Made by a program: the position numbers and the translations under genes. Below the pieces are notes generated by a model, which worked only from the letters and a program-made list of their open reading frames with translations, did no database searches and was not told where the DNA came from. DNA of 60,385 bases, the filler included, from Sphacelaria rigidula (taxonomy: Eukaryota), in assembly GCA_964200075.2 (NCBI GenBank). It is 7 parts of 7 records of this genome, joined end to end, with 100 filler letters (N's around TTAATTAATTAA, not from the genome) between each part and the next. Parts side by side here need not be neighbours in the genome. Positions count along the whole stretch, not along the records: positions 17,285 to 25,825 come from CAXNAA020010849.1; positions 25,926 to 34,466 come from CAXNAA020010850.1; 5 more parts are not named here. One strand, written 5' to 3'. Shown here piece by piece: positions 23,401 to 34,566 of the stretch; within the stretch, counting starts at the first letter, position 1; the number at the start of each line of letters is the position of its first letter.

Positions 23401-25660
23401 TCCATTGGTTGGGCCGGGACGGGCAAGCGAAACAGAAACTTAGCGTTTGCGTTTTGAGGTCCTGCTCGATACTTGAGCGTGAAGTGGTAAAAAGACAGGA
23501 TTTCAAACCAGCGTTGAATCTGGGCGTTGTGTTCCGCCATTTTGACGAGGTTTTCCAAAGACTTATGATCTTTATAAATCACGAACGGAGTGCCATACAA
23601 GTACTGACGGAGACATCTCACTCCCCAAACAATCGTGTTGGCCTCTTGCTCCATGACCGACCAGTTTTGGTTGTTTGGGTATGTGGTTCGACTCAAACGT
23701 ACAATGGGGCAAATATCAGCATCTAGTTGTTCCTGTTCCAACGTGCGGCCAAACCCGATTTTGGTGGAATCCGTGTGAAGTCGGAACGGACGTGAACCAT
23801 TTCCAGCGGCCGACCAGTCTGGGATACCCAAGATTGGTGGTCGCGAAAGTGTGTCAAGCAGTTGACGTACTCTTTTCTCCATTCCCGACGTGAGCGCGAA
23901 TTTCACTCCTTTTTTGAGAAGGGAGGTGAGAGGTTCAAGGATTTGGGCTAGGCTCGGCAAACCTTGTCGGTAGCAGCTCAAACCGCCGAGCAAGGAGCTC
24001 AGTTGAGATGTATCCCGTGGCATGGGCACATCTGTAAGTGCGGCAACCTTGTTGAGGTTTGGGCTACGACCTTCAGAAGTGATACAGTGGCTCAGGAATT
24101 TGATGCTAGTCGCTCCAACGCGGGATTTGGACGAGGCAAGTTTCAAATTGTGTTCTTCGAAGCGAGCGAAGAATGACGCCAAGTGCTCGACATGTTCGGA
24201 AGGGGTGCTTCCGTGTATCACCGCATCATCGAGGTACATATGGCCCTTGGACAATCCATCAGTCACACGAAAGATTACACGTTGAAACGCCCCGGGGGCG
24301 CCGACGGCACCTTGTGGTGTTACCAACCATTCGTACAGGCTTGACGGTGTACAAACTGCCGTCAGTTCTCTAGATTGCGGGTCCATCACAAGTTGGTGGT
24401 AGCCGGACTGGATGTCAAACTTCGAAAATACTTCACCGTCGCCAAGAGAGTCAATGATTTTATCCATGCGGGAAAGAGGTAGACGTGCGATTTTGGTGAC
24501 GGCGTTCAATCGTTGGTAATTGACTGTCAGTATGATCTTACCGTTCTTCTTCCGGACGATAACAAGCGGCGAGGCCCACGGGGATGTGGAGTGCCGTAAT
24601 AAACCGGCGGACAAGTATCCGTCGAGGATTACCTGAATTCTATCCGCCAAGAGGGGGTTTGTACGGTACGGACGCGTAGCGATAGGTGGCGTGCCATCAG
24701 GGATTCTCATCTTGAACGGTGTAGTGGTGCAGCGGCCTAGATCTAGGGGCGAATTGAAGAACCGTTCAGAATATCTCAATAAAATGGAGCGCAGCCTATC
24801 GATTGCCGTGGGAGTCCAACCCTCACCAGATAGATCAAAAGTAATGTATCGCAAATGTGGGGGATATCGTTCCATACACGTTGAAAACTAACACGTTGCT
24901 CTGGAGATTATCTATCTAGTAATGCAGTGGGGGGGGGGGGGGTCAGGTGCGTTAGACGCATCGTCCAGAATCATGGGGCAAGCCTTGTCTAACGGCGGAG
25001 AGTCCGCGTCGATCGAGGCGTCTGGTGACGTTCTCCATTCGGTCGCCAGGCACACGTTTGACAAGTCCGTCCGTAGGAGGGGTGCCTGAGCAAAACCAGA
25101 CAACTGGCCAGGAAGTATATCGAAACATGAGGACGTGAGAGGGATGGATTTGTCTACCTTCCTGAGTGAATACTTCGGTCTGGTCAAAGGCGCCGACATC
25201 ATCAGCGGACTGTTTGAGGTTGATGAGTGGGCCAAGCATTGTCCAGTGAGGGCAGAGGATCCGTTCCGTCTCACAAGGTTCACATGTATGAGTTGGGGTT
25301 CAGGGGACAAGGAGGCTACGTTTTCGCCAACATAGTACAGTCGGAAAGCATCACCTGTTTGTGTTAGATCGTCGACATAGGCATGAGCCCCCGATGCAGT
25401 TTCGTGATATCCTAATCTCGATCTGTCAGTCTTGGGATCGTGCAAAACAGGTGTGTCCGACGTGTATGTATGAGTAGAAAACCGTAGCCAACTATAACGC
25501 CCCAGTAAAACATCAACCGACATGTAACCATTGGGCACAATAAGTGTCAACACGGATAATCGAGCAGTCATACCCGTGCCATCGAAATATTTCACACTAC
25601 GTCTCACTAATAGATCAACCGTAAGTAACAGGGGATTCTGTAAAATGACGTTGACCAATA
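20462..25660 (-). mobile_element. Ty3/Gypsy LTR retrotransposon pol region (protease region-RT-RNase H-integrase-chromodomain), decayed; 5' end truncated by the contig edge
   Basis: RT motifs SPWASPLVIVRKKNG, FSKFDIQSGYHQ, PQGAVGAPGAFQR, YLDD. RNase H region FRLHTD...EANTIVWGV...DHKSL. Integrase zinc-finger remnant (YWW...RRCFLCQA), core LSDNGPHF...YHPSTYGGTERV, and GPY/F-like WTGPW. The RT-RH-INT order is diagnostic of Gypsy. The integrase is broken by stops and frameshifts. Confidence 0.95.
22899..24875 (-). pseudogene. Reverse transcriptase-RNase H open frame of the Gypsy element (658 aa, motifs eroded)
   Basis: The frame is open and YLDD is intact, but VNYQRLN replaces the usual VDYR.LN and NANAKFLFR replaces N..AD.LSR (conserved RNase H Asp lost). 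Confidence 0.85.
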
Positions 25661-25825
25661 AAATGAGTTTTGAGGAGGCTAGTCAGAATGCGACAAAAAC
25701 TCGAGGGAAGTACCGTCCGCAAGTGCCTTCGATCATTTTCGGGGGGGGGGGGGGGGGCCACTTTTTTTGTTTGCCTGGGGGGTTTGCTTCCGGAACTTTG
25801 GGGCCGAGGGGGGGCAATTGGTCAA

Positions 25826-25925
25826 NNNNNNNNNNNNNNNNNNNNNNNNNNNNNNNNNNNNNNNNNNNNTTAATTAATTAANNNNNNNNNNNNNNNNNNN
25901 NNNNNNNNNNNNNNNNNNNNNNNNN
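25826..25925. other. Artificial contig spacer
   Basis: 44 N + TTAATTAATTAA + 44 N. Confidence 0.98.
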
Positions 25926-26759
25926 TAGCTGGACCCTGACACCAACCCCGAGATCGCAACAGCACGATGTGACATAATCCCCCGCAAGCACAAAAGACCG
26001 ACGCGTTGTGAGTTGTGAGTCCAGTTCTTCCGTCGATGCGGAGAGACTCGAAAACCGTTTTCGGGGAGAAAGGGGTGTGCTCGTTGTGGCGTCCGTGACG
26101 GCATATGTGCGGGAAAAGAGCCGAATGCGTGGGTGCCATGGTTGGAGTTGACGCGTGAACTCCCTAGCGCTCAGTGTGCCGTATCAGGTACAGTGTAGCA
26201 AGCGATGGCCCAGGACAGGTGCTTTCTGGGCCGACTGGTGGCCCAGATAAGGTAAGACCGAAAAAGAATTCCTAGATCAGGTTTACGTAGTGGATATCTG
26301 GCCTAGAAAGGGAGAGTGGTTTATGGAGGCATGGCGTCCTTTCGCGCATGGCCGTGTATCGCGAGTATTGTAGCATGTGTTTTTTCTGGGGGGGTTTCAT
26401 GCGCGGTGCCAAGGAGCCCCCCGATTGATGTGCGCCAACACTTCGGAGCGAAAACGGTCTAGATTGTGTATTTTGCTGTTTTTTCATTTCTGGTCTGATT
26501 TCGTACCCTTAGGCAAAAAACGGGAAGGTATACCTTTTCTAGACAATTGCCGTATCAGGTACAGTGCTACAGATCACCTCTATGGCTGTCTCTCGAAACA
26601 ATCCGGCCCAATCCACCAGTCAGAGCGCGTAAACTGGCCATGGGTGTTTTTCGAGAACCGGCTCAGGACTGTCACCAGTTTCACAAATCTGCAAGTCGTT
26701 TTCTATGCTGCCGTCCGAAACGCGACCGCATAGAGCTCGCGCTGCATCGCCTTACCTTT

Positions 26760-27670
26760 TCAATATTATAGAGGCATTTTACAGATATTATAATTCATCA
26801 TCAGCGGCTTCAATTGGAGACGATCATGCTCTAAGGTCTGAAATATGCTGAGACTAAAGGGCCAGACGTCCTTGGAAGAGAGGTCTCCACATCGGCACGG
26901 ATACCTGGCGCTACAGACAAGTAGTCACCGCGCATTTGGCAGCCGGGTGGGAAAGGATGAAAGATGCATATCACTGCGGAAGAGGGAAGCGTTTATTGCA
27001 CGATATGTATCCCGTCACGGCAATACCCGACAAAGTTGACACTGTGTGTTCCTAGTGGCAGCATCACAAGTACTGTAGTACTGACTGTATGATGCGAACC
27101 ACGTCTCGGCAGAGCAGAATACCCGAGATCCATCCGCGAAAAAGAATCAAATTGCAACTCGTTCTCTGTCCTATTCTGGAACAAGGTGAAACTCCGCGAA
27201 AGAGCGATCGCGCGCCTGTCAGAGAGAGGTCAATATCTTCACGTGGTAGCATGTAACCGAAGAAAATCCGGTTGATTTGATGGAAGAAAACTAGAGCAAC
27301 CGCCCCTGTCATTCTTAGATCATCGTGGTAACCGACACGCTGAGTCTAGCACTGTGAAGGAGGAGACGTTGTCCCCTGCCCAAACCAGTCCGCAGTGGTC
27401 CCTGGCAGAAAGAAGGCACTCTTCTCTTTGACTACGTTGTGCGACCTCGTCGTTGCTTGACACGGCAGATAAACCCAAGGGCATCCGCATCTGACGTGTA
27501 GAGAATCTTCATCGGTGGTTATTTCACGTCTTGGTGCCAGCCTCGGGACCGACGTAAACAACAAGGATAGCAAGATATACCGCTGCCTCCGCGCGGATTT
27601 CATGTTTTACCCTCTAGAATTGTCATTAGAAAGTGTGTTAGTTTTCGGAACCACCGTATCATCGTGCGTA
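26760..27670 (+). repeat. Dispersed repeat family B, copy 2
   Basis: Colinear with the reverse complement of 1645-2550. Confidence 0.75.
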
Positions 27671-28690
27671 ATCATCCTTTCAAGCCACGCAGCGCACAAA
27701 ACGCCTTGGGTCGCCGAAGCTGCTGCGTCAACACCTACCTACGGCTTCAATCCACACATACGTCAACTTTCAGCATCATCAGGTGCCAGGTGTGCTGTGT
27801 TGGGGCGCCTAGTTTCCAAAAACACCGCCTCCATATTATGGGAAATACACAACACTGATCTGCACTTCCGCTGCGCTATTAGCGGGGCTTGTTATTAACC
27901 GCCCTCCAAGCCCAAAATGTTGGTGTTAGCTCTAGACAACACAATACAGTATTCACGGGTCGTGGTTTCGTCTTCAGCTCGACTGTTCTTCACCGTGAGA
28001 GTGTCGCGTCAGAACTTGTGGAAGTGATAGCTGTACCTCTCAGCATAGGATATGTTTGGGGAGAAACACGAAGTACGTGGGGGTTGTCACCCTGTAAATG
28101 ATGCGGTCGATATTCTCACTAAAAGCAACGTACAAAGCACGGCAATTTCGGTGTACATGGTTCGTGCTAGCGAATCCAAGCAAGCCCCTTGAGCCTCGTG
28201 CTGGATTTCCGTCGTCTATTTCGTCACCTCTTTCATGCATGGCAATCATCACGGCTTTTGTTATATTCGTTTGATGGTTGTCGATGGGCCTTCTTCGCGT
28301 TTACGAAAGTTGGCATTGCCATGTATAACGCTGTGTGCTGTTGTGTTTGAATGCGGGCTTCAGCCAACGAACGTACGCTTTGGAATCACGGCATAAATAA
28401 GATTGTCGAACTTCTGTCGCATCGTTTTATTCGTAGTATGAACGTGAACCCGCTACACCTCTTGCAACGGACTGCCCATATTTCCCAGCTCAAGTGTATT
28501 CGTTCGCTATCTCCCAGAACACACACAGACACACACACAAATCAGGGTACAGCAGACATCACTCAGCACCACCGTGCTTCTGCTGTAGGGCGAGATTGAA
28601 CATCAAACAAATGATGTGGGGCATGTCTAACAAGGGCATTGTACAAAGATAGAGTCCTCAAGGTGTACCCCGTTTCGACTCATTTCTAAC

Positions 28691-29037
28691 CAGAATCAGA
28701 GGAGATGTCAATAGACGTAATTCGGCTGTGACCTCGAGACGAAATGCACGTCATGACAGGGTTAGTGAGAGAGTATGTTTTTGACGCTGTACGAAACATG
28801 CGCAATGCCGGCCGTGGGGAGTGGCGTAGCTTTCTCAATTTTTTTAGTAAATACAACTTGAAAGAAAAAAACGCACACCCATCACTAGAAACCCTATCTT
28901 CGGGTCTATCGTAGGATACCAGCACTTTCTTCTTTCCCTGGCGCTCGTTGGAGTACAAACTCAGCGTACGTACTCACCAGCAGTACGTCAGTCGATGATA
29001 TGCACTGATTGGCCTCGGTACACTTGTGTCGATCTCC
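28691..29037 (-). CDS. Possible internal exons (28978-29037, ~28691-28858) of an unidentified minus-strand gene
   Basis: A 60-bp segment bounded by cacgtag and gtgagt, then an acceptor ttttctttcaag leading into LYLLKKLRKL...RITSIDISSDSG (weakly WD40-like). No complete model could be built. Confidence 0.3.
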
Positions 29038-31027
29038 CTACGTGCGTTTGGGTGTGTGCGGGAGGTTATACCAGGAGGACTCTTCAGAAGCATACTTGAA
29101 ACCTGAAAATAAGGACTGCGAACCCTCTTTCAGGAATTCGGAGGTCCTAGTACGCCCCTAGGATACTCACATAGCTTAATTAGCTCTCAGAGTTGTATTT
29201 ACGAAGCCGCGAACGTGCGCAACGGTGAATTAACAACCCTGCTGCTGTGCTCATTGCTGCTGTTTCGCCGCTTGTTTTTTGGTGATATCCTCAACAACTT
29301 TTGTTGTGCACCAAGTCTGTCAGCGAGCTGCTGCGACACTGCCCTGAGGATATGCACCCCGAATGCTTCATTTGTAGTATCTTGGTCGTGGCTCCGTTGT
29401 CCCGTGATGCTGCTGTAGATCCGGCGTGTTGGACTTCAGAACTCAGATTCGGGGGTTTCCACAGCAGTCTAAACCCAGTATGAAATTGGTTGCGCCGCAC
29501 TTTGCAAACCGTAGCGTGGTTCTAGAGCCAACCCTTAACGCGTCATCCGAGTTCGATCGGGCCGTTTGGCGGACGATAGTTGGGTAAACCCGTCAACCCG
29601 GTAGCAACAACACGCTGATGATGCCAAGATTGCAGGCGTTGCCTCAGTCACTCAAGAAGTGATATAGTACAAAAGCAGCGTCGTTTCGTAGCACCATGAT
29701 ACTGGTCCACACGGAAAGTGGTGGAACACCAAAGCGTGGGATGGAATGTGCCGTTCGCCTACGGAGATACGTACCGCAATCGTTCTTAAAACCGACCATG
29801 CTCGCTTGGGCACTGTACTGTTCCCTGATGACATTGTGTCAAGTATGCGGACTTTACGTCCGAGAAACCGCGACATTCGTCGCCATACATCAAAATATGG
29901 GGTTCTGTGGATCCCGCTGCCGACATCAGCGCTCAGGAAAAAGACGGTTGTGATTACTGCCAAGACGGTACAGCCAATACCGGACAAAGTTCTTGTGTGG
30001 TCCCGTGCAAGATGAGTGCAAGAGGAGCGCTAGCTTTGGATCCTCACATCAGCGGTTCAAGTGTATGATTGAGCAACATGATGCCTATATATTTTTTCAC
30101 TTCTTCCGGGCGGAGATCAGGGGGTTTCGAGCCAAAAATGGTAGGCGTATCAGTTGACTACTACCAATCTAGTATACGAAGAACCTTGGTGCGGTTGGGC
30201 CTCTCTTGGCGTGGAGAACACGACTATCTGGGAAAGCGCTCGTGAACGAACTTTTTTCTGCACTTCTACGACGTGAGCATGAATCCTTCACGTGCGCACT
30301 GAGTGCATGCATTGCCCCCACGTTGTGCAAGTTTCACTACCAGCAATTGCGTACTTGATTATTGCGAGATGGTGATGATTGTGAACTTTTTTGTTGACCG
30401 GTCGAGGGGACGAAATCAAGTACGAATCGTGTGAGACGCAGAGGTGTCCGTTTCCGTCTCAGTGCTTTGGCAAATTCTCAAAATGCCAAACAAGGCAAGG
30501 CGCTTGCTTGTAATATTTGCGCAGTACTCGAAACTCGAAGTTGGTTACTGCTGCCGACAGCGTGATTCCTCCTGTCTTGTGTGAGCGAATCACGTACAAA
30601 CGTGGACCTCTTGCTGAGCTACTGACCATTTGTCGTTGTGCTTGTGACACTTACTTTCGTCGAATATCTTCGCAGAAAAAGATGCAACAACGGATCGAGA
30701 AGAATTCAGAGCTGTGAATGCAAACAAGAGATTGTTAGGGATAGGCTAGAAATTGGGGAAAGTGAAGGGAGTCAACGGAGATAGAATGGGGGAAGCACCT
30801 GATACCGACTGTCCAGTGGGGGTGTCAGACGGCCCCCTCCCCGCCTCGGGCTTGTAGTAACATAACATATTTGGAGTAAGTGTTGCAGCTGCAAGTGGTC
30901 GAGGTCGTCTTCCCGTGGCGATTTTTATTCTTGTGTGAAAATCTTGTTGGCATCGGCGTTCGAAGAGGCATGTCTTGGTTGCATCATGTTTCTTGACGCT
31001 GAATTCCTCCCTTGTTGCTGACCGAAG

Positions 31028-33776
31028 GCGCGGGTGCAATGCTACTCCCTGGCGCTCATCTTCTTCCTGTGGTCGAAGCCCCACTACCGCAACAGCACCT
31101 TCAGCGAGGTGCGTGTGTCAACAGCGTCGTGAAGACAATCGCCCGTGTCGCTTGTCAACAGGTGGAGGAGAGTCGGGGGGACATGACTCATATTCTGCTG
31201 TCTTGCCAATCATACCCTGTGTGCATGTGAAATGTTGGTGTCCAGGATATGGCCAAGAACCTTCGCAATGTGGCAATCCCAGGGAGTGGTATCCCACTCA
31301 GCTTGTTCTGCCTTCTGAAAGGATTGACGTTCTTGTTCGTGATGGCTATCAATCCGATCGTGTGCTTTTTGGCGGCCATCAACGCACAGAGGAAGCACAA
31401 GAGGTGTGGTGTGGCTCCAGTGACTCGAATACATCAGTGCGTGAAGCAGGATCACGATCGCGTGGCTTGCAGTCTGCAGCGTCTGGCGAATGTCGGCCTG
31501 CAGAAAGCCTCCGATTTTGGATTTTTTGTTTCTTCATTGTATGACTTGATCAACGTGTCCACCATGTAGGCATGCTGAGTCAATCCGATGAAGCTGGAAG
31601 AAGGAAAGCCGTCCGATGCTTCAGCCGTTAGCGTTAGTGCTTCCTATCGTAAGAGAGCAGCGTGTGTGGTTGTGCGCTTACGGTGTTGTATTCGATACTG
31701 TACAGGCCGTGGGCTGAGGTATACATTGAGCAATTGCTTTGTCCGCAAGACTGGTTCAGCTACTGGAGACTCAACTGCCGTTTGGCCAGCTACCACGCCT
31801 TCATTACCAAGAGCACGGGCTATCAACAGGAGGACAAGGTACCAGCAAATGCGCGGAGGTCTTGGGTACATTTTTATGCAGGGACATGAGATTAATCCTG
31901 GGCTGGTCCGCATCGTGTACAACGCGGGAAAGTACACCCAAAAGCGGTGCATCACATGAACGAATTAACTAATTTCCCGATCAGACTGACCTTACATACT
32001 AATCAAGGTAAAAATCATACCCTTAGTTGCTTATCGCAAGCGAAATAGCAGTGCTGGAGTGCCTGCTCGCCGTTGCTGATCGCCGGCGGACGGTCAGGTT
32101 CCCTCGAGCAGACTGGTTTTTGCCTCGGCCGCACCCGTTTTCAAAAAATATTTTTTCGTCACCGGCCGCGACAAGGGGATTGTGTACTATGCATGAATGT
32201 AGCCATTCGGTTTCGTCGTTCGATAGAACAAGCACATGAGGTATGCGAGACTTGAACAAAATGTTGTCTCTCTGCTGCTCAACATGTGATGGCTTATCCC
32301 AATTCACCCCTCGATGTCCTTCGTGGCTCTTCACGCAGTGGACATTCCTCCAGGACGGCAAGCGCAAGGGAGTCCCGATATCTCCCTTCCTCGACATACC
32401 AGCTGTGGTCATCAAGGACAAAAATGAAGAGGTGATAAACTTCAGTAACGGCTCCAAATGTTTACTGTGTCCCCGCATCCGTTATGGATAATGTCAAACT
32501 CACGGACTCGTGTTTCCACGCCATCTCGTGTCTGAAGGGTGGCATGGGCCTGCACTTCTTCAAAAACGCTACAGACGGAGGCGACTGGATTATTCAAGAG
32601 AGATTAGACAACGACGCCTTCGTGAGCTCCCTTCTCCCAGACAAAGCACCGTTGTCTACCATGAGGGTAATCACTTCCTCGAGGTAATAACAGCGAGTGA
32701 CTTGATGAGCCTTGTGCCATTATGCTGGTTCCAGCTCTTTCTTGAACTTGTGTGATTGTTTCGAGTGCCCGATCGCACCAGCAGCGTGGTGGGTGTTGAC
32801 GAGAAATGCAGCGCGTAAACGCGACAGAGGTGCTGTTTCTTAGCAAAAGCCCCATCACCCGGAGCCTGTGGGCGTGTGTTTCCCTCATAGAGCGTGCTCG
32901 AGACACGGACTCGCCAAAGCTTTGCGTCGTTTTTTTCCAGTGTGGCATTTATGATTGACGCGCCTTCTCGTAGTTGTTCCGTACGTGAGTCTGATTCAAC
33001 CATTGCCAGGTATCACTCCTCAAGAATGCTTGCGTAGTGGAGTAGATTCACCGCACCGCCTGCTTGATTGGTGACGTGTCTCTACTCGACTCGTGGGCGC
33101 AGATCATGGCTCGATGAACGTCGCGGGAAGAAGCCGGGCCCGGGCTGCATTGAGGCGCTGTCATGCGTTTTTCGAGCTGGGCGTCAAGGCGCAGACACAG
33201 ACCACTCATCCATCCTCTTCGACGTTGACACCAGAACCGGCACGATCATGAACGGCACTACAAATGCCCACTGGTATCAGTTGGGCTTAACCAAGGTGTT
33301 GAGCACACCATGGGTATCAACTCACGAGACTACGCATCACCCAGACAACAACAAGTGAGCAAGTTCATAATGAGGTGCTTCCTGGGAGAATAATACATAC
33401 AGTGCGAAAATGCCGTATTTGCATGTCTGCGTATATCTGTCTACACTGAAAGCTGTTGTTGGTCTCATCCTCCGTGCGTTGTGCTTTGCCTGTACTGCGC
33501 TATTCGGGTGACGGCAGGCTGGTATCTGGTGCAAAAATCCCTGACTTGAAGAGCAAGCTGGAGCTGGTTACGGATGCTCATTTCAAACTCCTGCCCGATG
33601 TTCCGTTGGTTGGGTGGGACGTGGCTCTCACCACCCAAGGCGTATGCTTATTGGAGGTCAACTTGTCCTGCAATTTCTTCCGAGGATCTTTCGACGTGCC
33701 TCACTACGTCAAATTCGTGCATGATTACTTCATTGCCCTCGAAGATGAGCGGGCAGCACATGTCAAGATAAACTAG
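31028..33776 (+). CDS. ATP-grasp protein of the alpha-L-glutamate-ligase-related / sugar-transfer-associated type with hydrophobic N-terminal segments; exons 31028-31108, 31246-31403, 31706-31838, 32339-32431, 32538-32683, 33103-33354, 33518-33776 (further 5' exons probably ~30138-30231 and 30676-30713)
   Basis: Seven GT-AG-bounded exons with consistent intron phases (0,2,0,0,2,2) and no stops. Motifs VVIKDKNEEGGMG, WIIQERLDN, PLSTMRVIT, HPDN...GAKIP, LVGWDVALT..GVCLLEVN (ATP-grasp D...ExN). Confidence 0.9.
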
Positions 33777-34466
33777 AAAACCGCGCCCAAGAAGGTTTCT
33801 CATGTAAACGTGATGAAGGAATAACTTCGTGAACGTATGATTCCTCGATGGGGGAGAGTACGTTTGATAGCACGAAAACATGGCGTCCATTGTTGTGTTG
33901 CACGACCCCACGCACCCATCATGGGTTTACATGTAATGAAGCCGTTGTCAGCTGGTGTGAGTACATGCGATATGTTGATACCAAGAGCATTTCAATTATA
34001 TTTGTTGCCTGCAGCCATGCTCCAGAGTGACTGACTCGTTCGTGCAGGAAGTGAATCACCCCCCCCCCCCTCTCCAACGTGAGATCACTCACGACAAAGA
34101 AGCGGAGATAGTATTCAGAAGCTTGTACGCTCCTCGAAGCTCGGGCCCAGCAGAGTGCAGTTCAGACAACGTCAATCTAGTGTGGTCGTTGAGGGAACAC
34201 GGTTAGAAGTGGGGGCCGGATCGCGGTTGAAGACTGAAACGAGGCTAACACCAGCAGCTGCAAGTCAGTGTAGTGATATGGTGTACCAGAGGTGCCCAAC
34301 CTCTTCGTGTTTTCTAGAATAGCGCACGGCTCTTCCTAAACAGGAAATTGGAAGTTCTCAAAAAGTAGCCTGGAAAGGCTAAAAACACGTCTAACTGTTT
34401 TCGTGAGATTGAGAGTAGATGATACGATTGAGAGTGAAAAGCGGTCAATCAGAGAATGAATAGATT

Positions 34467-34566
34467 NNNNNNNNNNNNNNNNNNNNNNNNNNNNNNNNNN
34501 NNNNNNNNNNTTAATTAATTAANNNNNNNNNNNNNNNNNNNNNNNNNNNNNNNNNNNNNNNNNNNN
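34467..34566. other. Artificial contig spacer
   Basis: 44 N + TTAATTAATTAA + 44 N. Confidence 0.98.
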
